Assembly: GCA_038202885.1 (NCBI GenBank) | Contig: JBBREP010000001.1 | Location: 25,350 to 89,349 of the forward strand | Reading direction: 5' to 3' | Length of the DNA: 64,000 nt | DNA from: Acidimicrobiia bacterium | GTDB taxonomy: Bacteria > Actinomycetota > Acidimicrobiia > IMCC26256 > PALSA-610 | Shown: positions 54,868 to 63,396 of the stretch, piece by piece | Layout of the letters: the number at the start of each line of letters is the position of its first letter | How positions within the stretch are numbered: the stretch's first letter is position 1 | The notes under the pieces: model-generated | Seen by the model: the letters and a program-made list of their open reading frames with translations, nothing else | The model's database searches: none | What the model was told of the DNA's origin: nothing | Translations under genes and position numbers: made by a program

Positions 54868-57800
54868 ATGATGGTCGGTGATGGCCACGATGTCGGACCG
54901 GCGCGTGCCCGTTCGCTGCCACCTGGGGCGAACCGGGTGAGCGCGCCGGAATCTGCGCTGGGACTGCCAGTCGGAACGGCGACGTTCCTGCTGACCGATG
55001 TCGCCGGATCGACCCGCCTCTGGAACCACGAAGACGACGCGGCGATGCGAGCCGCGATCGTTCGCCACTATGAGATTCTCCACGAGGCCGTCGAACGAAA
55101 CCGCGGCGTTCGCCCACTCGAACAGGGCGAGGGCGACTCGATCGTGGCGGCATTCGAGCGACCGTCGGACGCGCTGCACGCCGCCAGCGACGCGTTGGTG
55201 AAACTCGCCGCTGAGCCGTGGCCGACGAGTGAGCCGTTGCAAGTACGGATGGCCGTGCACACCGGTGAGGCGCAGCTCCGCGACGATGCCAACTATGCGG
55301 GGCTCGCGATTATCCGTACGGCGCGACTCCGCGCGCTAGCGCATGGGGGGCAGGTGCTGGTGTCGGGCGCGACCCGAGGTCTCGTGGTCGACGAGTCCGT
55401 TGACCGGTTCGCGTTTCGGTCGTTAGGCGAGCATCGCCTACGCGATCTCGACCGTCCCGAAAACGTGTGGCAGCTCCTCGTTGACGGTGTCGCCGCCGAC
55501 TTTGAATCGTTGCAGACCACCGAAGCGGTTCCGAACTCGTTGCCGACGACACTGTCGAGCTTCATCGGTCGCACGAATGAGATCGCCTCGCTAGGCCGTC
55601 TCGTGGCGACGGACCGCTTGGTGACCGTGATCGGCAGTGGTGGTGCCGGAAAGACGCGGCTGGCCCGCGAGGTCGGCGCGGCGGCTCTCGACGAGTTCCC
55701 CGCGGGTGTGTGGTGGGCGGAACTCGCGGCGGTGGATGCCGACGGTGTTGAATCTTCTGTGCGCGCCGCGTTCGGGATCAGCGAGGGCGCGACCTCTGCG
55801 CTGGAGGAGTCGGTGCACCGCCTGCTCGGTGGCCGGCAGTGCTTGTTGATCGTCGACAACTGTGAGCATGTCGCCGACACGGTGCGACCGCTCGTCGACC
55901 GGTTGTTGTCTCGCGATCCGTCGCTGCATGTGTTGGCGACGAGTCGGGTGATGCTCGATGTTCCGGGTGAGACCGGGTGGCGGATCCCGCCGCTCGGCGT
56001 CCCCGACACCGCCAGCGGAGTTTCGCTCGAGTCGGCGGCGCGTTTCGAGGCGGTGTCGCTGTTCTGCGAGCGGGCGCAGCGAGCGCGACCGACCTTCGCA
56101 CTGAGCGACGACAATGCAGCGGTCGTTGCCGAGATCTGTCACCGCCTCGACGGGATCCCTCTCGCGATCGAACTGGCTGCTGCCCGGTGTCGTCTGCTCG
56201 ACCCGACGCAGATCCTCGCCGGACTCGACAACGCGTTTCGGATCCTTTCCGGTGGATCCAAGGCGTTGATGGCCCGCCAACAAACGCTGGAGGCGTCGAT
56301 CAGCTGGTCATACGACCTGTTGTCTCCTGCGGAACGGACGCTGCTGTGCCGCCTGTCGGTGTTCGTCGACGGTTGGACCCTCGATGCCGCCGTCGCAATC
56401 TGCTGCGATCTCGACGACACAAGCGAACCGGGGCCGCTCGACCCGCTCGGCGTGTTCGATGCGATGGACCGTCTCGTTGACCATTCGCTCGTGCACACCG
56501 CCGACACCGCGACCGGCGTTCGATTCGGGATGCTCGAAACTGTCCGCCAGTACGCCACCCGACTGCTCGGAGTGGCACGCCCCGGCATCCGCCTCCGCCA
56601 TTCGCAGTACTACGTCGCATGGGCCTCATCGCTGGACGAAGACCTGGTTGTGCGCGGCGAACCCGACCTCGCAGACACCGTCACGGCCGAGCGCGCCAAC
56701 ATCGTCGCCGCGACGCGGTACGCCATCAGCGAGGGCGACGCAACCGCGGCGTGTCACGCCCTCGGCATGCTCCGGTTGATCATCGAACGATCCGGATGGG
56801 CGTCGATGGGGTCGCGAATCCTCGCGCAGACCGACGAGTTGCTCGGGGCGGTCTCACCGGCCGACGAATGGCTGGTCCACGCAATCCGCCGGTCCGTACT
56901 TGCGCAGCGATCCGACCCATTGAACGAATTGACGACGTTGGACGCGATGCGCGGGGCCGCCGAGGCGGCGGACCAGCAAGTGGGTGTGCTGACCGCCAGA
57001 ATGCAGACGGTCGTCATGCTCTCACTGACCGGTGCGCACGTGTTCGAGGAACTGCGTCAGATCGGCGACGACCTCGAAACACGCGATCCCACGTACGCAG
57101 AAATCACTCGCTGGGCGGCCGCCGCGGTGGCCGCCTACACCGGAAACCTGCGCTTTTACGACTCCTTTCGCAGCCTGGTGCGCGGCGGCAGCGCGCGATC
57201 GATGAGTGCGGCGGCGCTCGACGCCGCCGACGGAGTCGCGGCGTTCTTCCGGGGTGATCCGTTGGCGGCGATCGCGTCGTTGTCCGCTGCGACATCCGCG
57301 GGATGCCTGAATGTCAGCATGACCAATATCGCTGAAGGGATACTCTCGGCAGCAACTGCCGACGTCGGGCGCACCCCCGATCTCGACGTCGAGCTCCGCC
57401 TCCGGAGGGCCTCCCAGGTCGACGACAACATCCCCGGTGGTTTCGTGGCCGACAACATGTCGATCTACCGGCACCTTCTCGCCGGCGACACCGCGGCCGC
57501 CGATGTTGTGAATGCCGGAGTGGTGCGAGGCTGGGAGGCGTTCGGCATCGCCGGCGGCGTCTTCCAGCTGAACTACCTGCTCGTCGCGGCAGGGCTCGGA
57601 CAACCGGCGAAGATGCCGCGAGGCGATGTCGCGCCCATCGTCGCCGCGGAAACCATGCGAACGGTCGCCGAGCAGTTGCTGCGCGCCGGCGACCCGAGCG
57701 GCGCTCTCGACGCGGCGCACCGCGCCCTCGACGTCGAGGTGCAGGAGGGACTTATTCGGGGCATGCTCCACAGCCTCGAGTGCGTCGCTCGAATCAGTAC

Positions 57801-58038
57801 TGCATCGGGACACCACGCCGAAGCTGCGCGCATCTTCGGCGCGTGCGACGAGTTCCGCAGCCAACGCACCTTGTTCGCGCTGCCATGCCTGCAGCACCTG
57901 ATCGACCAAGCGCTCGGCACGCTGCGCACCGAACTCGGCATCGACGCCTTCGACCGCGCGTGGGCCGACGGCTCGACACTCACACTGGAGGCCGCGGCGG
58001 CTGACGCCGGTGAACGCCGCCGCGATCCACCGAGCTGA
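54868..58038 (+). CDS. Class III nucleotidyl cyclase domain - STAND P-loop NTPase - TPR-like repeat protein (no C-terminal HTH)
   Basis: The cyclase region has TATFLLTDVAGSTRLW and GEGDSIVAAF. The P-loop reads VIGSGGAGKTRLA. A long helical repeat region follows. The protein ends RAWADGSTLTLEAAAADAGERRRDPPS without a LuxR HTH. Confidence 0.85.
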   Translation: MMVGDGHDVGPARARSLPPGANRVSAPESALGLPVGTATFLLTDVAGSTRLWNHEDDAAMRAAIVRHYEILHEAVERNRGVRPLEQGEGDSIVAAFERPSDALHAASDALVKLAAEPWPTSEPLQVRMAVHTGEAQLRDDANYAGLAIIRTARLRALAHGGQVLVSGATRGLVVDESVDRFAFRSLGEHRLRDLDRPENVWQLLVDGVAADFESLQTTEAVPNSLPTTLSSFIGRTNEIASLGRLVATDRLVTVIGSGGAGKTRLAREVGAAALDEFPAGVWWAELAAVDADGVESSVRAAFGISEGATSALEESVHRLLGGRQCLLIVDNCEHVADTVRPLVDRLLSRDPSLHVLATSRVMLDVPGETGWRIPPLGVPDTASGVSLESAARFEAVSLFCERAQRARPTFALSDDNAAVVAEICHRLDGIPLAIELAAARCRLLDPTQILAGLDNAFRILSGGSKALMARQQTLEASISWSYDLLSPAERTLLCRLSVFVDGWTLDAAVAICCDLDDTSEPGPLDPLGVFDAMDRLVDHSLVHTADTATGVRFGMLETVRQYATRLLGVARPGIRLRHSQYYVAWASSLDEDLVVRGEPDLADTVTAERANIVAATRYAISEGDATAACHALGMLRLIIERSGWASMGSRILAQTDELLGAVSPADEWLVHAIRRSVLAQRSDPLNELTTLDAMRGAAEAADQQVGVLTARMQTVVMLSLTGAHVFEELRQIGDDLETRDPTYAEITRWAAAAVAAYTGNLRFYDSFRSLVRGGSARSMSAAALDAADGVAAFFRGDPLAAIASLSAATSAGCLNVSMTNIAEGILSAATADVGRTPDLDVELRLRRASQVDDNIPGGFVADNMSIYRHLLAGDTAAADVVNAGVVRGWEAFGIAGGVFQLNYLLVAAGLGQPAKMPRGDVAPIVAAETMRTVAEQLLRAGDPSGALDAAHRALDVEVQEGLIRGMLHSLECVARISTASGHHAEAARIFGACDEFRSQRTLFALPCLQHLIDQALGTLRTELGIDAFDRAWADGSTLTLEAAAADAGERRRDPPS

Positions 58039-58126
58039 TCGCGTTCGCCCCGTCAGTTCGGGAGTGCGGGGCCGGGATTTGTGGGCATCCTGGCGAACCC
58101 GCGGCGATTCGGCGTAGCTTCCCTCG

Positions 58127-59614
58127 ATGAAACGACGCGGTCGCACGTCAGCTGGACTTCTCGTACTCGTCGTGGGGGCACTCGCCGTCGGCGCGCTGGG
58201 CTCGCCGCAAAGCGCGAGCGCCGCCCCCCTGGTACCGCAGCAGCTGCATTTCGAGTACGGGCCGGTGCATCTCAATCCTGGCCAGAACATCATCCAGTAC
58301 TCGTCGCCGAACATCCCGAAGCCGACGGTGCCCGGGTGGATCACCGGGATCCGCGCCAACATGGTCTTCCTCGATGGGACGGTTCCTCAGTCTGACGTGA
58401 TCATGTTGCACCACGCCGTGTGGCTCAACCTGTCGGCGCAGGACCTCACCTCGCCCTTCACGCCCGAGCGGTTCTTCGCCACTGGCGAAGAGAAGAGCAT
58501 CCTGACCTTGCCAAAGGGTTTCGGCTATCGCTACGAGCCGACCGATCAGTGGCTCCTCAACTACATGCTGCACGTGCTCGTCAACCAATCGTTCAACGTG
58601 CGGGTGACCTACGACCTCGACTTCGTCCCCGCGACGGCTGGCACGCTGCGGTCGGTCCGGCCGCTTTGGATGGACGTACAGAACGGTTCGTCGTACCCGG
58701 TGTTCGACGCGGTGAAGGGAACCGGCGTCGCCGGCAACTACACCTACCCGGCGATGGCGAACAACCCCTACGGTTCGGGGCCGAAGCTCAATGAGTACAC
58801 CGTCCCGACTGGCGGTGCCATCGTCGAGGCCACAGGTCATCTTCATTCGGGCGGCCTTTCCACGGAGCTCTCTCTGACGCGTCGCCAGGGAAAGACCTTC
58901 AAGACACAGCGGGTCTTCAAGTCGGACGCGGTGTACTGGAACCCTGACGGTCCCATCTCGTGGGACATGTCGATGACCGCGACACCCTCGACATGGAGGC
59001 TTCACGTGAAGCCGGGTGACGTCTTGAGCCTTCAGGCCACCTATGACGTCAGCAGTCGATCGTGGTACGAATCGATGGGCATCATGATGGCTTGGTTCGC
59101 GCCCGCCGTGGGTGGAAAAGGACCGTTCAATCCCAAGCTCGATGTGCCCGGCGTCGTGACTCACGGTCACCTGTCGCCCGAAAACGACAATCGCGGCGGT
59201 CTGTTCGACGCAGGTCTTCCGGACCCCGCCGGGTTGCCGAACGGCGCGCCGACGAGCACCATCAACATCAGCGCCTTCGAATATGGCCCCGCTGACCTCG
59301 ACGCGTTGGGCCAGGTGCCGACTGTGGCGCAGGGGGGGCACATCACGTTCAAGAATCTCGATGCCCCAGCGAGCGGCAACGGCACCTTCCATACGATCAC
59401 GGGATGCGAGCTCCCCTGCAACAAGACGACTGGTCTGTCGTTCCCGCTGCCGGACAGTGCCGTTGTGTTCGACTCCGGCCAGCTCGGGAACGCCGGCGCA
59501 CCCACCAAAGGCTCGCTGACATGGAATACGCCCGCGACCCTTCCGCAGGGTAACTACACCTTCTACTGCCGCATCCACCCGTTCATGCGAGGGGTGTTCC
59601 GCGTCACGCCCTAG
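58127..59614 (+). CDS. Secreted PHM/DBH-like copper monooxygenase domain fused to an amicyanin-like cupredoxin
   Basis: The signal has an RR pair (MKRRGRTSAG...). Candidate CuH ligands are LHHAVW and MLHVLV, with LPKGFGYR nearby. Candidate CuM ligands are GHLHSG and YESMGIMMAWF. The C-terminal type-1 Cu site reads TFHTITG...FYCRIHPFMRGVFRV. Confidence 0.75.
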   Translation: MKRRGRTSAGLLVLVVGALAVGALGSPQSASAAPLVPQQLHFEYGPVHLNPGQNIIQYSSPNIPKPTVPGWITGIRANMVFLDGTVPQSDVIMLHHAVWLNLSAQDLTSPFTPERFFATGEEKSILTLPKGFGYRYEPTDQWLLNYMLHVLVNQSFNVRVTYDLDFVPATAGTLRSVRPLWMDVQNGSSYPVFDAVKGTGVAGNYTYPAMANNPYGSGPKLNEYTVPTGGAIVEATGHLHSGGLSTELSLTRRQGKTFKTQRVFKSDAVYWNPDGPISWDMSMTATPSTWRLHVKPGDVLSLQATYDVSSRSWYESMGIMMAWFAPAVGGKGPFNPKLDVPGVVTHGHLSPENDNRGGLFDAGLPDPAGLPNGAPTSTINISAFEYGPADLDALGQVPTVAQGGHITFKNLDAPASGNGTFHTITGCELPCNKTTGLSFPLPDSAVVFDSGQLGNAGAPTKGSLTWNTPATLPQGNYTFYCRIHPFMRGVFRVTP

Positions 59615-59823
59615 CGAGTTGCGCTAAGCACGGGGAGCAACGCCCGGGCCACTTCCGCAGGCAACGGCTGGAGGAAGAACTCGTCGAACTCGCCGTCGAG
59701 CAAGGACCGATCGGCGAACGCGTCACCCAACACGAATCGGTTCCTTCGTAATCGTGGTCGTCCGGCGAGCCACCCCAGCGCCGCGCCGATCACGTTGACG
59801 CGCTGACGCGACCCATGTTTCAC
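59611..59823 (-). pseudogene. Possible C-terminal remnant of an alpha/beta hydrolase
   Basis: The ORF tail DEFFLQPLPAEVARALLPVL resembles the HFLQ..PEEVA..LL.FL C-termini of alpha/beta hydrolases. No N-terminal domain is present. Confidence 0.3.
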
Positions 59824-59906
59824 CGGGTCCGCGCGGCGCGTTACTCTCCCCGGCGGATTCCAGATCCGGCCGTGACGGTGCCGGCTCGTCGTGACGGGAG
59901 CGTGGA

Positions 59907-60899
59907 TTGCGCGCGTATGTCAGCTCACGGTCGGTTGCTCTGTTTTCGCTCGCGTGCGCGCTGGCGATCGGCGCATGTAGCAGCAGCAAGTCATCGACGT
60001 TGCCCACCGCGAACGGTGGCTACGGATCCCCGACGACCACCAGCGGCAGCGGCAGCGGCACGACGCCGCCTGGTGTCAGGACGAGCCTGACGATCAAGCT
60101 CGCGGTGAAGGTGAAGGTGTTGAACCTCGCCGCTGACGCGAGCGGCGTGGGGAGCGACATCGACGTGTGGGCGGGGAGCGGTCCGTCGGGCGGCGTCAAG
60201 CTCGCGACCGTGCACTACGCGCAGCGGTCCGACGACCTGACGCCGCTCGCGAGCAAGTACTACGAACCCACCGAGACGAACGGTCAGAAGATCTACCCGT
60301 ACCAGATCAGCTTTGTGGCGAGCGGGACGACGCCCGCCACCGCGCTCGCGGTGCAGAACGAAGACGCCTACCCGGGTGACGAGCTGACGATGGTGATCGC
60401 GTCGGCGCCGCGGGTGTCGCAGGGCGGTACACCCGGCTACGCCACCCAGGTGCTGCTCACCAAGACGGGTTCGGGGCGCACCGGGGGCGGTTTGGGAGGT
60501 GAGCTCTTCTCGGGTTTGAAGGCGCCGGCGAACGATCGACTGCTCTACTTCAACGCGTTTGGGCTCGTTGGTACTGCGGCGACCGCTACGACCGGTTCGA
60601 ACCCGCCGTCGTATGACCTTGGACTCGCCGGTTCGGGCTGCGTGGGCGAAGTCGGAGCGAGCGACCAGCCGCCAGTGAGCACCGCGAACTCGCGGGTGTC
60701 GGTCGGACAGAGCTCCTTCAGCACCTTCGCGTACACGCCAGCTGTTTCGGCGACGGCCGTCGGCGTGTATCCGTCCGCCACCCAGTGCGCGGGCACGGCG
60801 CTGGCGCAGATCCCGCTTCCCGCATCGAGCGGCGATCGCGTGATCGCTTTCCTGTATGGCCCTCTGAACGGGCTGAAGAGCCTCACCTTCGCAGGGTGA
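59907..60899 (+). CDS. Lipoprotein, unknown function (first of four)
   Basis: TTG start. Has a lipobox (LAIGACSS) and a Ser/Thr/Gly linker. The beta-rich body may be DUF4397-like (VKVLNLAADASGVGSDIDVWAG). Confidence 0.6.
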   Translation: MRAYVSSRSVALFSLACALAIGACSSSKSSTLPTANGGYGSPTTTSGSGSGTTPPGVRTSLTIKLAVKVKVLNLAADASGVGSDIDVWAGSGPSGGVKLATVHYAQRSDDLTPLASKYYEPTETNGQKIYPYQISFVASGTTPATALAVQNEDAYPGDELTMVIASAPRVSQGGTPGYATQVLLTKTGSGRTGGGLGGELFSGLKAPANDRLLYFNAFGLVGTAATATTGSNPPSYDLGLAGSGCVGEVGASDQPPVSTANSRVSVGQSSFSTFAYTPAVSATAVGVYPSATQCAGTALAQIPLPASSGDRVIAFLYGPLNGLKSLTFAG

Positions 60900-61507
60900 C
60901 TCGCAAAGACGACGTGCGACGCAGCGAATCGCCGCGCGCCCGCGCCCGCGCTGGCGTAGGCGCGACCGTGCTCGTCCTCGCTGTCGGTGCCGCCGCGTGC
61001 TCGAGCGGTTCCGGTCACACGGCGCGCAATACGCAGGCAGCGAAGGTCGCGGGGACGTTCCCAAGGCTGTCGGATACCGGCACGTGCGATGTGGCGCCCA
61101 CCGGAGACCTCGGCGGCGGAAGTCCGCCACCTTCGGGGCCCGGCGCCGGCACCGCCCCCACAGTGCCGCCGTCGATCGACGTGGGTCCGACTGGCTCTGG
61201 TCCCGGCAGCGGGAACCCGTACACGGTCGTCGGCGCGCGGCCCGTGCCCGGACCGGGAATGACAAATACGACGCTCGGTCCTGACCCGGTGTCGCGCGTC
61301 GTGGCGATCCCGCCGAATCCCGATGTCGGTTCGCCCGCAGGGACTCCCGCCGGCGCGACCACGGTGCCGACGCCGCCGACCACCGCGCCGCCACCGCTTC
61401 CCAGCACGCCGACGACTGCCCCGGGTGCGACGACGCCGACGACGGTGGCGCAGCTGATGAAGCCGGCCCCTGATCCCGGCTGTGTCGCGGGGGTCGACGA
61501 CCCATGA
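60896..61507 (+). CDS. Pro/Thr/Gly-rich lipoprotein
   Basis: GTG 60896 overlaps the upstream stop (GTGA). Has a lipobox (VGAAACSS) and a low-complexity PT-rich body. Confidence 0.55.
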   Translation: MTRKDDVRRSESPRARARAGVGATVLVLAVGAAACSSGSGHTARNTQAAKVAGTFPRLSDTGTCDVAPTGDLGGGSPPPSGPGAGTAPTVPPSIDVGPTGSGPGSGNPYTVVGARPVPGPGMTNTTLGPDPVSRVVAIPPNPDVGSPAGTPAGATTVPTPPTTAPPPLPSTPTTAPGATTPTTVAQLMKPAPDPGCVAGVDDP

Positions 61508-63396
61508 CCGACTGCCACCTCACGCCACGCCGGCACCGAGTCGCAACGACGGGTACGGCGCTCGCGATCATCGTCGCGTCCGTGACGGCGTGTTCGGCGA
61601 GCCACAACACCAGTACCGCTTCGACGACGCGTGCCGCGACGACATCGACGACATCGTCAACGTCTGACGGGCAGGTCGCTCCGGTGGCGCTCGGCAAGGG
61701 CCAGGTCGACCACGTCGTGGGCGCGACGTTCCAATACGGGGCCTTCCAGATCACCGTCGGGCATCTCGTGTACGACTCGACGAACCAGCAGGCGCTCGTG
61801 GGATTGCAGTTCCGAAACCTCAGCGGGAACTGGGCGCAGAGCGCGATCGCCGGCGAACTGCTCGTCGGCGGTGCGTCGGTGCCGTTCTCGGGCCAGCCGT
61901 ACGACGTGGCGCCGGGCGCGGCCGTCGACAGTACGGGCACGAGCTCGAACGTGGCGTCGGATCCCGTGAAGGAAGGTCGCATCCGCTGGGGCGACGTTGG
62001 CCGCAACCGACCTGTGATCGCGCTCGACGGTTCGGGCGTCGTGGGTGGCTGGCTTCCGACCCCGGTCGCGATCAGCGGTTGGGCGCACATCGGCAAGTAC
62101 GCGGTCGAGGCGACGGGGGGCGAGATCCTTGCTGGCCGCCTCGGCGACGGGATCCAAGCGGCCGAGCACCGGCGCATCCTGCGCGTGATCTTCGACTTGT
62201 ACGCGGCGCGCGGCTCCGGCGTCAGCGGGTTCAGCCCCGCGAGCAACCTTACGTTGCGTACTCCAGACGGCACGCTTCTCGACGCCGTCGACGGCTCGCC
62301 GCTGTGGGGTCCGATCAGCTGGACCAGCCGGTCGGCCAACTGGGTCGAGTTCGCGATCAGCGACAAGTTCGCGGGGAGCTACGGGCTCGAGTTGGCGAGC
62401 ATCGGCAAGCTCGACTTCGGTGTGATCCGACCGGAGTTGATCGTGCGGCGTCCGATCGCATTCCGTCTGGCCGACCTGCGATCGAGCGCGGCACCGAAGG
62501 AGCCGCTCGTCATGCCGGACCTCACGTCGCCGAGTGCACCGGCCACCGGTGCGGCCTTCGACCGGCCGTTGTCGGTCGGCACGATGAACGTGCCGGGGTT
62601 CCTCTACCGACCGACTCGCCTGCGATGGGACCCCGCGGCGCAGACCGCGACGATGGACGGCATCGCCACGTACATCCAAACCGAGAGCTCGGCAGGCGGC
62701 CTGTTGTCGTCCAAGCCGCAGTTCGGGTTCAGCGAGCTGCTCGTGTCCGACGGCCGCCCGTATACCGGCATCGTCACGGGTCCGACCCAGGTCGACCCAG
62801 TGCATCCGACGCCGATCTCGCTGCAGTTCTTGAGCGTCAAGAGCCTCGACCCGACCCGCGCCGCGTTGTACATCGGCGCACGCGACGCGCTCGCGGCGAG
62901 CATGCCGCTCGGCCCCGGGTCGTCCGTGGCGCTGTACCCGCCAGCTCCGGCAAGTTCGCGCATCACCGCGCCCACGGTGACGGCGGGCGACTGGACGGTA
63001 CGGATGCGCACCTATCGACTCGGACTGCTCCAGACGGCGTTCCCACCGGCGCCCGGGCGGCGCGACCTGGAGGTGTCGATGGACGTGACGGCGGCCAGCG
63101 CTGCGCACGTCGGTGCGCTCGGGCTCAGCTTCACGCCGAAGTACCAAGTGCTGTTGGCCGACCCGAGCGGCTACGACACACAGGCCGTCGCCGATAGCGG
63201 ATACGTCGAGCAGCGTCGGGGCCAGACCCTGAGGCTGTCGGTGACGTTCGAGGTTCCCGAGACATGGAAGGGCGGCTCCACCGGGTTCGTGCTCCGCAGC
63301 CACTCCGAGATCGGTGAGCTGGCGACGAGCTACGTCGAGACCCGATTCCTTGCGCAACTGGGCGCCGCTGGCGACGCCGCGGGAAGTGGGCTGTGA
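61504..63396 (+). CDS. Large lipoprotein, unknown function
   Basis: ATGA overlap with the upstream gene. Has a lipobox (SVTACSAS) and an S/T-rich linker. The 630-aa body appears to be built from several beta-sandwich-like modules. Confidence 0.6.
   Translation: MTDCHLTPRRHRVATTGTALAIIVASVTACSASHNTSTASTTRAATTSTTSSTSDGQVAPVALGKGQVDHVVGATFQYGAFQITVGHLVYDSTNQQALVGLQFRNLSGNWAQSAIAGELLVGGASVPFSGQPYDVAPGAAVDSTGTSSNVASDPVKEGRIRWGDVGRNRPVIALDGSGVVGGWLPTPVAISGWAHIGKYAVEATGGEILAGRLGDGIQAAEHRRILRVIFDLYAARGSGVSGFSPASNLTLRTPDGTLLDAVDGSPLWGPISWTSRSANWVEFAISDKFAGSYGLELASIGKLDFGVIRPELIVRRPIAFRLADLRSSAAPKEPLVMPDLTSPSAPATGAAFDRPLSVGTMNVPGFLYRPTRLRWDPAAQTATMDGIATYIQTESSAGGLLSSKPQFGFSELLVSDGRPYTGIVTGPTQVDPVHPTPISLQFLSVKSLDPTRAALYIGARDALAASMPLGPGSSVALYPPAPASSRITAPTVTAGDWTVRMRTYRLGLLQTAFPPAPGRRDLEVSMDVTAASAAHVGALGLSFTPKYQVLLADPSGYDTQAVADSGYVEQRRGQTLRLSVTFEVPETWKGGSTGFVLRSHSEIGELATSYVETRFLAQLGAAGDAAGSGL

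Noticed and set aside
58039-58126. Frameshifted LuxR-type HTH remnant after the STAND gene
   Set aside because: Translating all three frames of the 90-nt gap and the start of the next gene shows nothing resembling the LuxR HTH. The domain appears to be genuinely absent.
59991-63357. 791-aa and 566-aa minus-strand ORFs (59991-62366 and 61657-63357)
   Set aside because: They are antisense to the coupled lipoprotein genes. Their translations are Arg/Pro/Ala-rich low-complexity sequence with no motifs. The plus-strand frames have signal peptides, lipoboxes and start/stop coupling.
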